NCBI GenBank assembly: GCA_963749705.1
Contig: CAVVNQ010000003.1
Coordinates: 544,001-608,000 of the forward strand
Origin: an uncultured Chloroflexia bacterium
Lineage (GTDB): Bacteria > Chloroflexota > Limnocylindria > Limnocylindrales > CSP1-4
Reading direction: 5' to 3'
Length of the DNA stretch: 64,000 nucleotides
The position numbers and the translations under genes were made by a program. The notes beneath the pieces are model-generated. The model searched no databases and was not told the DNA's origin. It saw nothing but the letters and a program-made list of their open reading frames with translations. Position 1 is the stretch's first letter. The number at the start of each line of letters is the position of its first letter. This document shows, piece after piece, positions 1 to 11,547 of the stretch.

Positions 1-426
1 CAGGTCGTCGCCCGGCACCTGGCGCCGTATGGGGTCACGGCGGCGTTCGAGCCAGGCGACCTGGTCATGAAGGACACCGGGATCCTGCTGGGCGAGGTCG
101 TCAGCGTCGAGCGACGAGGTGCCACGGTCTTCGTCGGCCTGGACATCGGCTGGAACGTCAACTGCGCCTGGTTCATCTACCGCTACGCACAGGAGATCGT
201 GCCCGTGCGCGAGCCGCTGCGGGACCGGACCCGGCGGGTGACCGTGGCCGGGCACATCAACGAGGCGGGCGACGTGTTCGCCGAGGACTACCCGTTCCCC
301 GACGTGGCCGAGGGAGAGCCCGTGGCCATCCTCAACGCCGGTGGGTATCTTCAGGCGATGTCGATGACGCACTGCCTGCGGCCGATGGGCAGCGCGGTCT
401 ATCTCGAGCGGGAGACGCAGCCGTGA
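1..426 (+). CDS. Orn/DAP/Arg decarboxylase family protein, C-terminal part (5' end outside window)
   Basis: Frame 1 is open from base 1 (QVVARHLAPYGVTAAFEPGDLVMK). It has an EPG motif, VAGHINEAGD and a C-terminal AILNAGGY..AMS, typical of group IV PLP decarboxylases. Confidence 0.75.
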   Translation, partial: QVVARHLAPYGVTAAFEPGDLVMKDTGILLGEVVSVERRGATVFVGLDIGWNVNCAWFIYRYAQEIVPVREPLRDRTRRVTVAGHINEAGDVFAEDYPFPDVAEGEPVAILNAGGYLQAMSMTHCLRPMGSAVYLERETQP

Positions 427-1239
427 CCGACTTCGAAGGGTTCGTGCCCGTGCCCGGCGGCCGGATCTGGGCCCAGGCGTCCGGCAGCGGACCGGGGGTG
501 GTGCTCGTCCACGCCGGGATCGCGGATGCGCGGATGTGGGACCCGCAGTGGGACGCGCTGGCTGCGCAGCATCGCGTGGTCCGCTACGAGACGCGCGGCT
601 TCGGGCGGACCGAGACCGACGACGTCGAGTTCTCCGACCGCGCCGACCTCCTGGCCGTGATGGGCGCGGTCGATGTCGATAGCGCGGCCGTCGTCGGCTG
701 CTCCCGGGGTGGGCAGATCGCCGTCGACGCGGCCATCGAGCACCCGGATCTGTTCGACGCCCTCGTCTGGGTGTGCGGTGGGCTGAGCGGGCTGGAGATC
801 GAGGAGACGCCCGAGGAGCGTGCGCTGGGCGAACGCGAGGAAGCCCTGTACGAGGCCCACGACTGGGCGGGCCAGGCCGACCTCGACGTCGAGATCTGGG
901 TCGACGGCGTCGGGCAGCCTGCGGGTCGTGCCCCGGAGCGCGTCCGGCGGCTGGTGCGCCAGATGTGCCTTGACACGTCGCTCCAGGAGAAGGTCGAAGG
1001 ACGTCCGATCCGGCTGGATCCGCCGGCCGTGGGGCGGCTCGATGAGATCCGGGTGCCGTTGCTCGCCATCGTCGGCGAGCTGGACCTGCCCTCGGTCTCG
1101 ATCGCCGCCGACGCCCTGGTCGACGGGGTGGCCGGTGCGCGCCGGATCGATGTCCCCGGGCGTTGCCCACCTGCCCAGCCTCGAGCGGCCGGAGTGGTTC
1201 ACCGAGACGCTGCTGGCGTTCCTCGCCGAGACCGCCTGA
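423..1239 (+). CDS. Alpha/beta hydrolase (apparent single-base frameshift near 1158)
   Basis: Motifs VVLVHAG, RGFGRT and nucleophile GCSRGG, plus IVGELD. The catalytic His segment GVAHLPSLERPE lies in the alternative frame, which ends at 1239. Confidence 0.85.
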
Positions 1240-1242
1240 CGC

Positions 1243-1770
1243 TCAGCCCGCGGCCGTCGGTCCTGCGGCCGGCGGTCCCGCGGCTTCGGGCCCCAGCCGG
1301 CCCCAGCTCGAGGCCCGCGTGACCACGATCCTGATCAGGGGCCGCGCTTCGAGCCGATGCCGCCGGTACTGCGGGTACTTGGCGCGCAGCGCCCGGATCG
1401 CGGCATCGCGCTCGTCGGCCGCCGCCCCGTCGGGCACCAGGATCTGCGCGCGACCCTCCAGGCGCACCCAGCCCAGGCGCGACCAGTCCTCGTCCCAGCG
1501 ATCGACCAGCAGCCGGGCGACGTCCCGCGCCAGGAGGTCGCGGACGCGGGCCAGCGCGAGGGGATCGGCGAGCCGCTTGGGCTTCTCGTCGAGCGGCGTG
1601 TACAGGCGAGGCGGCTGCGGCAGGTCGGGATCGGCGCCCCCCAGCAGGACGAAGCACACGGGGATGAGCCGCGGCCGGCCCTGCGGGTCGACGGTCGCCA
1701 GCGTGGCACGCCGCGCTGCGGCCACGAACGACCAGGCATCGCCGGCCAGGATCTCCACCGGATCGGACAT
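1243..1770 (-). CDS. PPOX-class F420-dependent oxidoreductase-like protein (Rv0121 type)
   Basis: Sequence segments [48 protein letters not shown] and [11 protein letters not shown] at 1770 is preceded by a CATACT -10 box. Confidence 0.8.
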   Translation of the reverse strand: MSDPVEILAGDAWSFVAAARRATLATVDPQGRPRLIPVCFVLLGGADPDLPQPPRLYTPLDEKPKRLADPLALARVRDLLARDVARLLVDRWDEDWSRLGWVRLEGRAQILVPDGAAADERDAAIRALRAKYPQYRRHRLEARPLIRIVVTRASSWGRLGPEAAGPPAAGPTAAG

Positions 1771-1806
1771 CCCCGCAGTATGGTCCGGCGCGGGTAGGAT
1801 GCCGGG

Positions 1807-2663
1807 GTGACGAGTCCCGGACAGCCCACGCCGCGCGAGGCCGCGCGGACGAGGATGACGACGTATCGCGCCGGACGCGTCGAGGTGCGCGACGATCGCC
1901 TCGCGGGCGAGGAGCCGATGGCGATCCGCGCCTGCGGCCCGGGGCAGCTGCCGGTGGACGTCGCGGTCACGATGCGGACGCCCGGTCACGAGGCCGAGCT
2001 CGCCGTCGGGTTCCTGCGCACGGAGGGCCTGATCGACGACGTCTCGAGCATCGAGCGCGTCACCACCGGCGACCCTGCCGTCCACGCACAGCCGGACGAC
2101 GAGCAGACCGTCCACCTGGTCCACGCGTTCGACGCGAGCCGGGTGGCGGAGCGCCACTTCGTGGCCACGGCGTCCTGCGGGATCTGCGGCAAGGCGTCGC
2201 TGGACGAGGTCGAGGTTCGCTGCGCGGCAATCCCGGATGGGCCCGTGATCGGGGCCGCCGTGCTGCTCGCCCTGCCACACGCCCTGCGCGAGGCGCAGTC
2301 GGTGTTCGAGGCGACGGGCGGCCTCCACGCCGCGGGGCTGTTCGAGCCGTCGGGCGCCCTGGTCGCGATGCGGGAGGACGTGGGCCGCCACAACGCCCTG
2401 GACAAGCTCATCGGCAGCCAGCTCCTGGCCGGGTCACGCCGTCGCTCAACGGCAGGGTCGTCCTCGTCTCGGGCCGGTTGAGCTTCGAGCTCGTCCAGAA
2501 GGCGGCCGTCGCGGGCGTTCCCATCCTCGCGGCCGTCTCGGCGCCCACCGATCTCGCGGTCGAGGCGGCGGAGCGACTGGGCGTGACCCTGGTCGGGTTC
2601 CTTCGCGGCGACGGCTTCAACGTGTACGCCCGCCCGGACCGGGTATCGGTCGGGCGGGCGTAA
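1807..2663 (+). CDS. fdhD: Formate dehydrogenase accessory sulfurtransferase FdhD (apparent frameshift at ~2432)
   Basis: Motifs EEP, TMRTPG..ELAVGFL.TEG, SCGICGK, TGGLHAA and [11 protein letters not shown]. After a missing G the reading continues [11 protein letters not shown]...VSAPT...TLVGFLR. Confidence 0.92.
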
Positions 2664-2702
2664 CGCTCCTCCCTCGGGTTGGAATTGTCCGGGGGTCGTG
2701 GG

Positions 2703-4239
2703 TCAGCGGTGCTCGAGCTCGCGATCGAACTGGCGCTTGAGGAGCCACAGGAACACGATCCCGGCCAGGATGAAGGCGAGGACGATCACCATCGCCTGGC
2801 GTCGGAAGACGCTCTCGTCGATCTTGGCCGTGGCCAGCTCCTGGGCCGCCTCCGCCCGTGCCTTCGCATCGGTGGACAGCTCGGCGACGAGCTTGAGCTT
2901 CGTGGTGTGCACGGATGCCTGCGCCTGGATCAGGCTCGTCTTGGCGCCGACCAGCCCCACCTCGGCATCCGAGGTGATCATGCCCAGCCGGGAGGCCTCC
3001 TCGATCTTTGCGCTGGCATCGTCGTAGGCCTGCTCGGCCGAGGTGACGGCGGTCGAGATCCCCTGGATCTGGGCGTAGATCTGCGAGTCGGGGTGATGGC
3101 AGGTGTCGCACCGCCGATCCGGCTCGCTCGCGAACCGGTTGAGCTGGAGCCGCAGCTGGTGGGTCACCAGGTCGTGGCACGTCGAGCAGTCGTAGTCGGG
3201 CGGCGTCGGGTGGAAGAACAGCTGCGAGCTGGGCTGCGACACATCGTGCGTTCCATGGCACGTCCAGCACTGCGGTGCCGCGGCCTGGAGCTCGGAATGG
3301 CGGCTCTGCTGATACAGCTCCTCGGTCGCGGTATGGCACTTGCCGCACACCTGGACGACCGTCGCCGATGTCGGCGGCTTCGCATCATGCGAGCCGTGGC
3401 AGGACGCGCAGCTGGGAGCCCGGACGTCCTTGTTCTCGAGCAGCGCCACGCCGTGGACGCTCTTGGAGTAGATCTCGTACTGGTCGGTGGGGATGCCGTA
3501 GGGCTGCATCCGCGCGGGATCCGCGTGGCAGGACGCGCACAGGTCGGGGACGTTCAGGGCGTACACCTTCGCCGTCGGGTCGGAGACCTTCTTCACGTCG
3601 TGCGAGCCATGGCAGTCGATGCAGATCGCGACCCGCGTGTCGGCGGCCGTCGCGAGCCGCTGGCCGTGGACGCTCGACCAGTACTTGGCGTACTCATCCG
3701 TGGGCAGGCCCGTGCCGCGCATTCGTTCGACGTTCGCGTGGCAGCTGGCACACACGCCGACGGCGTCCATTCGATCGGGGGCGCCGACGAACCCGTTCGA
3801 GGCGTCCATGGCCACCGTGATCTGGTCGGAGCGGGGATCGCCGCCGTGGCAGTCCGCGCACGTCACGCCCGCGGCTGCGTGGGCGCTCGTCTGCCACGCG
3901 GCCGCGATGGCCGCCTGCTTGTCGTTGACTGCACTGTGGCAGTCGTAGCAGCCGTTGGCGCCGCCGCCCTCGGGATGGGCGATGATCGCCGGAACGGGCG
4001 GCGGCGAGACGAGCGGGAGCTCGGACGGCTCGGGTGTCGCCCCGAACAGGGGGTTCAGGGTCGCGGATGCGGATGGGGTCGGCGTCGCCGTATCCGACGA
4101 CGCTGCCGGGCTGGGACTCTCGGCCACCGCCGACCAGGCGAAGGCGAACCACAGGATCACGGCCGCGCCGATCACGGGCGCGACCCGCAGCACGCGGCGA
4201 ATCGTCGTGGCTCGGGCGGGGTTCGGCCGCATGGGTGTC

Positions 4240-4256
<17 letters not shown>
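2703..4256 (-). CDS. Membrane-anchored decaheme cytochrome c (third gene of the Rieske/cyt b operon)
   Basis: 10 CxxCH motifs counted (CYDCH, CADCH, CASCH, CIDCH, CASCH, CASCH, CGKCH, CWTCH, CSTCH, CDTCH). N-terminal signal/TM, Pro-rich linker, helical stalk and C-terminal TM. Confidence 0.9.
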
Positions 4257-5331
<1,075 letters not shown>

Positions 5332-5332
5332 C

Positions 5333-5803
5333 TCAGGATTCCGTGAGGTAGATCTGGTCGCCCTCGACCGACACCGTCACGGGCGGCAGCGGGGCCGGCG
5401 GCGGACCCGACACGACGGCTCCCGTCGCCGGGTTGAAGTGCCCGTCGTGGCAGGGGCACTGGATGGCGCCGATCAGGTCGTTCCAGGCGACCACGCAACC
5501 GAGGTGGGTGCAGATGGCCGAATAGGCCTTCACGCCCTGATCGGTGTTGACCACGATCGCCGGCTTGCTGCCGACGGCGACGACCTTGCCGGCGCCGGGC
5601 GGGATGTCCGCCGTCGTGCCGACCAGGGTCTTGCCACCCCCGGCGGCCCGGCCGCTGCTCGACGGGACCAGGAAGCCGACGATGGGGGTGAGGATCATCG
5701 CCGCGGTGGACACCACGGTGAGCCCGCCAAGCCAGCGCAGGAACGCGCGTCGCGTCGGTCCGGCCGGCTTCGCCGGCGGCGCGCCGCTGGTCCCAGGCTC
5801 CAT
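5333..5803 (-). CDS. Rieske 2Fe-2S subunit, Tat-exported
   Basis: TRRAFL twin-Arg motif plus TM; CTHLGC and CPCHDG boxes; purine-rich SD before ATG 5803. Confidence 0.92.
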   Translation of the reverse strand: MEPGTSGAPPAKPAGPTRRAFLRWLGGLTVVSTAAMILTPIVGFLVPSSSGRAAGGGKTLVGTTADIPPGAGKVVAVGSKPAIVVNTDQGVKAYSAICTHLGCVVAWNDLIGAIQCPCHDGHFNPATGAVVSGPPPAPLPPVTVSVEGDQIYLTES

Positions 5804-6069
5804 CCCTTCCCTCCGATGCGGGCCATACGGCCCGTTCGACCTCGACCGATGGCCTGCATTGTGTGTGCTGGGGCATGGCCCAACCAAGGTGCGGATGGAT
5901 ATAGAAAAGGCATAGGCGGCCGCTCAGGAGCCGGCCTCGCGGCCCCGGCCTGGTCGGTAAGGCGGCCCCGGCGTGGTCGACAAGGCGGCCCTCTGCCGGG
6001 TCGGGGCCGCGGGATCGCGGGTGCGCGGGGGGCCGTGGACGACGCGCGGGTGCGCCAGGGACGCGGCGG

Positions 6070-6642
6070 TCAGGACGCCGGCGGCAGCGGCGTGTCCGTC
6101 CCGGGGCCAACCCCGCCGAACGTCGTGTCGACCGCCGCGCGGACCTGGATCATGGTGCTGCCGTCCTGGAGCATCCGCTGCGCGAGGTTCGCCGTCTTCA
6201 CGCACACGTCGCAATACGACGCGTGCTCCTCGTACACGTAGCTGCCGCGGACCTCGCGCCGCTGGAAGAAGCAGTCGAGGTTGCTCCGGTGGTCGATGGC
6301 CATGCAGCCGCAGTGGCACGGCAGCCACTGGAGGACGTCGGGCCGTGCCAGCGCATACGCATAGGCCGCCTGCCAGTCACCCGGCAGCGCCGTCACGTAG
6401 TCGGGTCGGGCCTGCCACGCTGCCGCCACCTCATCCGCGGTCGGCATGTGCATGTCGCCCAGCGGCACGACGGCGTCGGCCGGATGTCCCGTCGCCATCG
6501 GCGCATCGGTCATGGTCGGGTCCGCCCCCGAGCATCCGGCCATCCCGCCAGCCAGGGCGAGCACCAGGATCAGCAGGGGCATGCCCAGCGCGCCCGCTCG
6601 GCGCGCCTGGGAGGGTCGCGAAGGGTTGGCTCGGGTGGTCAT
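6070..6642 (-). CDS. PCYCGC-motif lipoprotein
   Basis: Signal peptide with MAGC lipobox; LPCHCGC...HRSNLDCF...EEHASYCDVC. Confidence 0.8.
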   Translation of the reverse strand: MTTRANPSRPSQARRAGALGMPLLILVLALAGGMAGCSGADPTMTDAPMATGHPADAVVPLGDMHMPTADEVAAAWQARPDYVTALPGDWQAAYAYALARPDVLQWLPCHCGCMAIDHRSNLDCFFQRREVRGSYVYEEHASYCDVCVKTANLAQRMLQDGSTMIQVRAAVDTTFGGVGPGTDTPLPPAS

Positions 6643-6662
6643 GGTGTCTCGCTCCCGATTGC

Positions 6663-8447
6663 TCAGCGCCGGGCCGTAAGTGGCCACGAGATGCCGTCCG
6701 GTGCGCCCAGCCCGGTCGCCGGCGCCGGTTGGAAGTACGGGGTCGTGACGGGCAGCACCGGTTCGCGATGGCACCGCGCGCAGTACACGGGCTGGTGGCA
6801 GTAGGCGCACGCGGTGTTGCCCTGGCGACGGATCACCGCCGCGTGGTTGGTCAGCATCTCGTCGTGGTCGACCGTGACCGCGCCCGTCGAGTGACAGTTC
6901 ACGCAGAAGTCACGCGCATGGCACTCGCCGCAGGTCGTGCCGCCCGGGTCGGTGCTCGTGGCCACGTTCTTGTGACTGAACACGTACAGCGGCTGGTCGT
7001 GCGTCGCCGGCGGCTCGCCGAGCGGCAGGCTCGCGATCGCGGGTCCGATCTGCGGGAAGGTGTGGCAGGTGTCGCAGGTGGACGGAATCGTCTTCGTGGT
7101 GACCCTTCCGTCGACGACGAGGAAGTGGCCGCCGTCGTGACATCGGAAGCAGCCCGGGAAGTCCATGTGGCCGAGGTTGTCCGGGTAGGTCCGCGCCGAC
7201 ACCTTCATCTCGGGCGTTGCGGTCAGCCGGTACAGCACCTTGATCTCGTCGACCGCCGCGTTGATCTGGGCGGCCTTGGTCTGGAACACCAGCGGGTACT
7301 GCTGCTGGTAGAAACCCTCGAGGCGGTCCGCTTCGGCGTCCGCCGACGCCAGGTTCGGGTACCCGGCCGACAGGATCCGCATCCCCTCGCGCTTGATATA
7401 CGGCAGCGTCGGGTCGATCGCGCCGGTCGACAGCTGGTAGTCGAGCCCGGTTCGCGGGTTGGGGATCGCGTGGCCGGCGCGGTTGTGGCAGTCGTAGCAG
7501 GTCATCGTCGTCAGCCGCTCGGCGGCCTTGATCGCATCGATGTCCGGCTGGACATCCTCGCTGACCTTGATCTTGTCCTGCGAGATGAACTCGTCGACGG
7601 TCCCGTCCTCGGTCGTCGCCGCGACGTAGTCGATCGTCGTCGCGCGCGGGTCCGCGCTCGCATAGGTGACGTTGCGCAGCACGTGCCAGTGAACGCTGCG
7701 GTCCACGTTGAACACGTCGCCGCCGCCGGGACGGATCAGGAGACCGACCAACTGGCGGGTGTTCGCCTCGTCCTCGGCGAACTGGGTCCGGGTCTTCAGC
7801 GAGGCAAGGGCCTCGCGGCTCACGGTGTGGCAGCCCGCGCAGGTGTCGGATGCTGCCGGCAGCTCGGAGTGGTCAGGGGGCGGGATCGGCTCCGGGAAGG
7901 TGCCCAGCACGACCTCGACCAGCTGCCGCGTGCCGTTCAGCTTGGCCTTGATCCAGCCGGCGATCCCCGGCTCGACATGGCATTCGGCGCAGGCCACGTC
8001 GCGGTGCGGGCCGGCCTCGTAGGCGGCCAGCTCCGGCTCCATCGCATGACAGCGACCACAGAAGTCGGCCGTCTCGGTCCAGTGGAGGAGCGACACCGCA
8101 GAGAAGGTTGCGACGCCACCCAGGCCGGCCAGCACGAGCAGGAGGGCGAACAGCCCGCCGCGCGAGCGCGGGAGCCGCAGCCGCCGGCCACGCAGGTAGA
8201 ACCGCGACCGGTGCTCCGGCGCAGGCGCCTCGGCTGACGGCGGCTCCGCGGACCCGGTGCTCTCGGCGGCGGTCGATGACTCGTCGTTGGTCGCTGCCAC
8301 ATCGGCGGTCGCCGCTGCCTCGTCGGCGGTCTGCGTCGCCGGCGCAGGTCCCTCGTGGACGGCCTCCCCTGCCGGCCCGTCGGCTGGTGCATCGCCGGTC
8401 GCGGACCGGTCCGCGCCGGCATCGGGCTGCTCCGGGAGGTCGCTCAT
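6663..8447 (-). CDS. NapC/NirT-domain (ImcH-like) membrane decaheme cytochrome c, putative quinol oxidase
   Basis: N-terminal TM followed by TETADFCGRCH..M and H..V.CAECH......GWIKAKLNG (NapC/NirT signature). Also CYDCHNRAGH and YPDNLGH..FPGCFRCH; 10 CxxCH in total. Confidence 0.88.
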   Translation of the reverse strand: MSDLPEQPDAGADRSATGDAPADGPAGEAVHEGPAPATQTADEAAATADVAATNDESSTAAESTGSAEPPSAEAPAPEHRSRFYLRGRRLRLPRSRGGLFALLLVLAGLGGVATFSAVSLLHWTETADFCGRCHAMEPELAAYEAGPHRDVACAECHVEPGIAGWIKAKLNGTRQLVEVVLGTFPEPIPPPDHSELPAASDTCAGCHTVSREALASLKTRTQFAEDEANTRQLVGLLIRPGGGDVFNVDRSVHWHVLRNVTYASADPRATTIDYVAATTEDGTVDEFISQDKIKVSEDVQPDIDAIKAAERLTTMTCYDCHNRAGHAIPNPRTGLDYQLSTGAIDPTLPYIKREGMRILSAGYPNLASADAEADRLEGFYQQQYPLVFQTKAAQINAAVDEIKVLYRLTATPEMKVSARTYPDNLGHMDFPGCFRCHDGGHFLVVDGRVTTKTIPSTCDTCHTFPQIGPAIASLPLGEPPATHDQPLYVFSHKNVATSTDPGGTTCGECHARDFCVNCHSTGAVTVDHDEMLTNHAAVIRRQGNTACAYCHQPVYCARCHREPVLPVTTPYFQPAPATGLGAPDGISWPLTARR

Positions 8448-8454
8448 CGGGATG

Positions 8455-9051
8455 TCAGTTCAGGATTGCCGCGATGGCGCGGTCCATGTCGTCCGGGTGC
8501 ATCGCCCCGATCCGGATCTCGCGGATCCGGCCGTCCGCCCCGATGAAGAAATGGGTCGGGATGCCCATCGTGCGGTACGTGCCGGCGATGACGGTGTTCT
8601 GGTCCACCGCGATCGGGAACGTCAGGCCGGCGCGCTCGGCATAGCCCTGAACGTCGCCGGCAGGCTCGCTGATGAACACGCCCAGCACCACGAGCCCCTG
8701 CGCCTGGTACTTCTCGTAGGCCGCCTCGACGTCGGGCGCCTCCGACCGGCAATCGGGGCACCACGACGCGCCGAAGGTGAGCCACACCGGCTTACCGGCG
8801 TAGTCGGACAGCGAGACCTTCGTGCCGTCGTAGGTCATGCCGGTGAAGTCGGGCGGCTGGGCGCCGATGGCGGGGCCGGCTGCCGCCGCGTTGCCGCCAA
8901 GGTCGACCTGGGTGACCCCGTCGTTACCGGTTCCACCCATGACGAACGCGATCGCGGCGATGATCACGGCCGTCATCCCGATCACGACGACGGTCTGCAA
9001 CCGTCCCGGAACGCGCCCGGCCGGCCGGGCCGTGAGGCCTGCTGCGCTCAT
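8455..9051 (-). CDS. resA: ResA/TlpA-like membrane-anchored thiol-disulfide oxidoreductase
   Basis: TM anchor, FGASWCPDCRSEAP and cis-Pro motif GIPTHFFI; sits in the maturation operon. Confidence 0.85.
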   Translation of the reverse strand: MSAAGLTARPAGRVPGRLQTVVVIGMTAVIIAAIAFVMGGTGNDGVTQVDLGGNAAAAGPAIGAQPPDFTGMTYDGTKVSLSDYAGKPVWLTFGASWCPDCRSEAPDVEAAYEKYQAQGLVVLGVFISEPAGDVQGYAERAGLTFPIAVDQNTVIAGTYRTMGIPTHFFIGADGRIREIRIGAMHPDDMDRAIAAILN

Positions 9052-9079
9052 CTCGCTCGATCCCTTCTCTCGGCCCGGA

Positions 9080-9964
9080 TCAGCCGAGGCCGGAGTAGCT
9101 GTGGAGCCCGCCGAAGAACAGGTTCCCGAAGTAGGTGAACAGCGTGGCCGCGAAGCCGAGCACGAGCAGCCATGCCGCGCGATTGCCCCGCCAGCCGCGC
9201 ATCACGCGGGCGTGGAGGTAGGCGCCGTAGATCAGCCACGTGACGAGGGAGGCGGTCTCCTTGGGATCCCAGCTCCAGTAGGTGCCCCATGCCGTGTCCG
9301 CCCAGACCGCGCCCAGGATGATCGTCAACGTCAGGAACGGGAACCCGACGACGACCGCGCGATATCCGATCTCGTCCAGCACCTGCGGCTTGGGCAGGCC
9401 CCAGCGGCCACCCTCGGGCTGGATCAGGTAGAGCAGCGAGGCCGCGAACGCGATCGAGAAGCTGCCGTAGGCGACGATGGCGACGGCGACGTGGACGGTG
9501 AGCAGGAGGTTGTTCTGGAGGGCCGGGACGAGGGGCTCGATCTCGGCCGGGATCGTCGCCGCGTAGCCCATCATCGCGAGCGCGACGGGGAGCGCGACCA
9601 GCGCCAGGATGCGCTGGTGGTAGCGGCGCTCGAACCACATGTAGGCGGCGAGGATCCCGAACGCGAACGCCATCGAGAACTCGTACATGTTGGCGAACGG
9701 CCCGTGGCCGGTGGCAACGGTCCGGAACGCCATGCTCGCGAGGAGCGCGACGACCGCAAGCCAGCCGAGGATCGTGGCGTAGCGCCCGATCGCGGCCGTC
9801 CGTGGCCCGGAGATGAAGCCCATCGCGCCGCCCGGGACCGTCATGCCGGCGGTCTGCAGGCGGGCGGCCCGGAGGCCGGACACCGCGTAGAGCAGGTAGG
9901 CGAGCGTCGCGAGCCCCGTGCTCAGCATCGCCGCCACGAAGGCGTATTCGGACATCTTGGCCAT
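9080..9964 (-). CDS. ccsA: System II cytochrome c synthase CcsA/ResC
   Basis: WWD domain WGTYWSWDPKET, conserved His residues, multiple TMs. Confidence 0.93.
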   Translation of the reverse strand: MAKMSEYAFVAAMLSTGLATLAYLLYAVSGLRAARLQTAGMTVPGGAMGFISGPRTAAIGRYATILGWLAVVALLASMAFRTVATGHGPFANMYEFSMAFAFGILAAYMWFERRYHQRILALVALPVALAMMGYAATIPAEIEPLVPALQNNLLLTVHVAVAIVAYGSFSIAFAASLLYLIQPEGGRWGLPKPQVLDEIGYRAVVVGFPFLTLTIILGAVWADTAWGTYWSWDPKETASLVTWLIYGAYLHARVMRGWRGNRAAWLLVLGFAATLFTYFGNLFFGGLHSYSGLG

Positions 9965-9977
9965 GGCCAGGTCTCCC

Positions 9978-11444
9978 TCAGCTTCGCGCCGGCGCCTGGA
10001 GCGCCTGGCGGACGGTAGTGACAAGGGTTTCGAACTCGGTTGCCAGGGTTGCCTCCCGGTTGCCCAGGCTTGCCAGCCCCAGCACGGCCCCGCCATTGGG
10101 GCGGGCCGTGATCCTGGCCCACACGCGCTTGTGCGGGATGGTGAAGCGGATCACGAAGCCGACGAACAGCAGCAGCGCCCCCAGCCACACGAGGGTCACG
10201 CCCGGATCGCGGGCCACGCTCAGGCCGGTGAACTGGCTCTCCCGATCGAAGGTGACGGTGAGCCCGCCCACGGTTCCGGCGCTGCCCTGGTCGAGCACGA
10301 CCGTGTCGACCTCGGTGCCCGTCTCGGCGGTGTACAGGTCCAGCTCCATCTGGCCGGGCTTGACCTTCGGATCGCCGTTGCCGAGGGTGCCGATCACCCA
10401 GCCGACATACTGCGTGCCGGGGATGCTGAACGAGCCGATCGGCCGGTCGTCCGCGGTCGTCCGCCAGGCAAGCGGCACGCCCTCGGACACGAGCGTGTTG
10501 CCCTTGTCGTCCTTGACGGTCATCACCGCGGCGGACCCGAAGAATGCCTGGTAGAAGGTCGTGTCGCCGTACCGCAGCGGGTCGTTGACGCGGATGGTGT
10601 GCCGCGCGACCTCGGTCCCGTCCTTGTACAGGACGACATCGCTCGCGTAGTCCTCCGGGGCCCCGGTTGCGACGTAGTACGTATCCGTGAAGTCGAGCAG
10701 CTGGATGCTCAGCCCGTCTTCGGCCGCGACCGGGAGGGTCGCGCCCTCGGCGATGGTGAACCCGCTGTCCCGGTAGCCGAAGGTCGAGCCGACGATGGCG
10801 CCGGCGAGGATCACGACCAGCGACAGGTGGCCGATGAGCCCGGCGAACGGCGCCCAGCGGAACCGGTCCGCGTACAGGTGGATGGTGCCGTCGTCGGCGA
10901 CGATCGTCCGGTAGTGCTTGTTCCTCAGCAGGCCCTGGACGATCGCGAGCGTCTCGGCGGGGCCGTGGCGGACGACGATCACCTCGTGCTCCGGCGCGTG
11001 CTCGAAGAACCCGGGTCCGACGTCGACGCGCGGCTTGATGGCGGTGCGGATCATGCCCGGAATCCGGTGCACGGAGCAGGCGACGAGGCTGATCGTGAGC
11101 GCCGCGACGGTGAGCCGGAAGATGACCGAGTTGAAGATCTGGAACAGCTGGAGGCTGTCCATCAGGCCGGTCAGACCGCCGAATCGGGGCCGGATCTCGT
11201 TGAGCCAGTCCGCCTTCGCGGCCGGGTCGGTGAGGACGCCCGGAGGGGCCTGGATCACCAGCGACCCGATGACGCCGAGAACGGCCAGGACCAGGATCAG
11301 GACCATCGCCACGCGCATCGACGTCAGGAAGTGCCATAGTCCTTCCAGCCCCGCGTCGACGCGGTCCATGATGGTCGGACCCGCCGCCCCGCCAGCCGGG
11401 ACGGCTGCGGGAGGAAGGGGCCGGGAACGCACCTCGTGTGCCAT
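9978..11444 (-). CDS. resB: System II cytochrome c biogenesis protein ResB/CcsB
   Basis: FLTSMRVAMVLILVLAVLGVIGSLVIQ, LIGHLSLVVILAG, IRVNDPLRYG..FYQ and RDPGVTLVWLG. Confidence 0.92.
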   Translation of the reverse strand: MAHEVRSRPLPPAAVPAGGAAGPTIMDRVDAGLEGLWHFLTSMRVAMVLILVLAVLGVIGSLVIQAPPGVLTDPAAKADWLNEIRPRFGGLTGLMDSLQLFQIFNSVIFRLTVAALTISLVACSVHRIPGMIRTAIKPRVDVGPGFFEHAPEHEVIVVRHGPAETLAIVQGLLRNKHYRTIVADDGTIHLYADRFRWAPFAGLIGHLSLVVILAGAIVGSTFGYRDSGFTIAEGATLPVAAEDGLSIQLLDFTDTYYVATGAPEDYASDVVLYKDGTEVARHTIRVNDPLRYGDTTFYQAFFGSAAVMTVKDDKGNTLVSEGVPLAWRTTADDRPIGSFSIPGTQYVGWVIGTLGNGDPKVKPGQMELDLYTAETGTEVDTVVLDQGSAGTVGGLTVTFDRESQFTGLSVARDPGVTLVWLGALLLFVGFVIRFTIPHKRVWARITARPNGGAVLGLASLGNREATLATEFETLVTTVRQALQAPARS

Positions 11445-11547
11445 GACCGACGACCTCCTCAGGCGCCGGAGGGCGACGCGAGGGTCGCCGGCCGGCTGGG
11501 ATTGGTGTTGGGATCGCGAGCGCCGATGGCCACGAGCAGCGGGCCGA

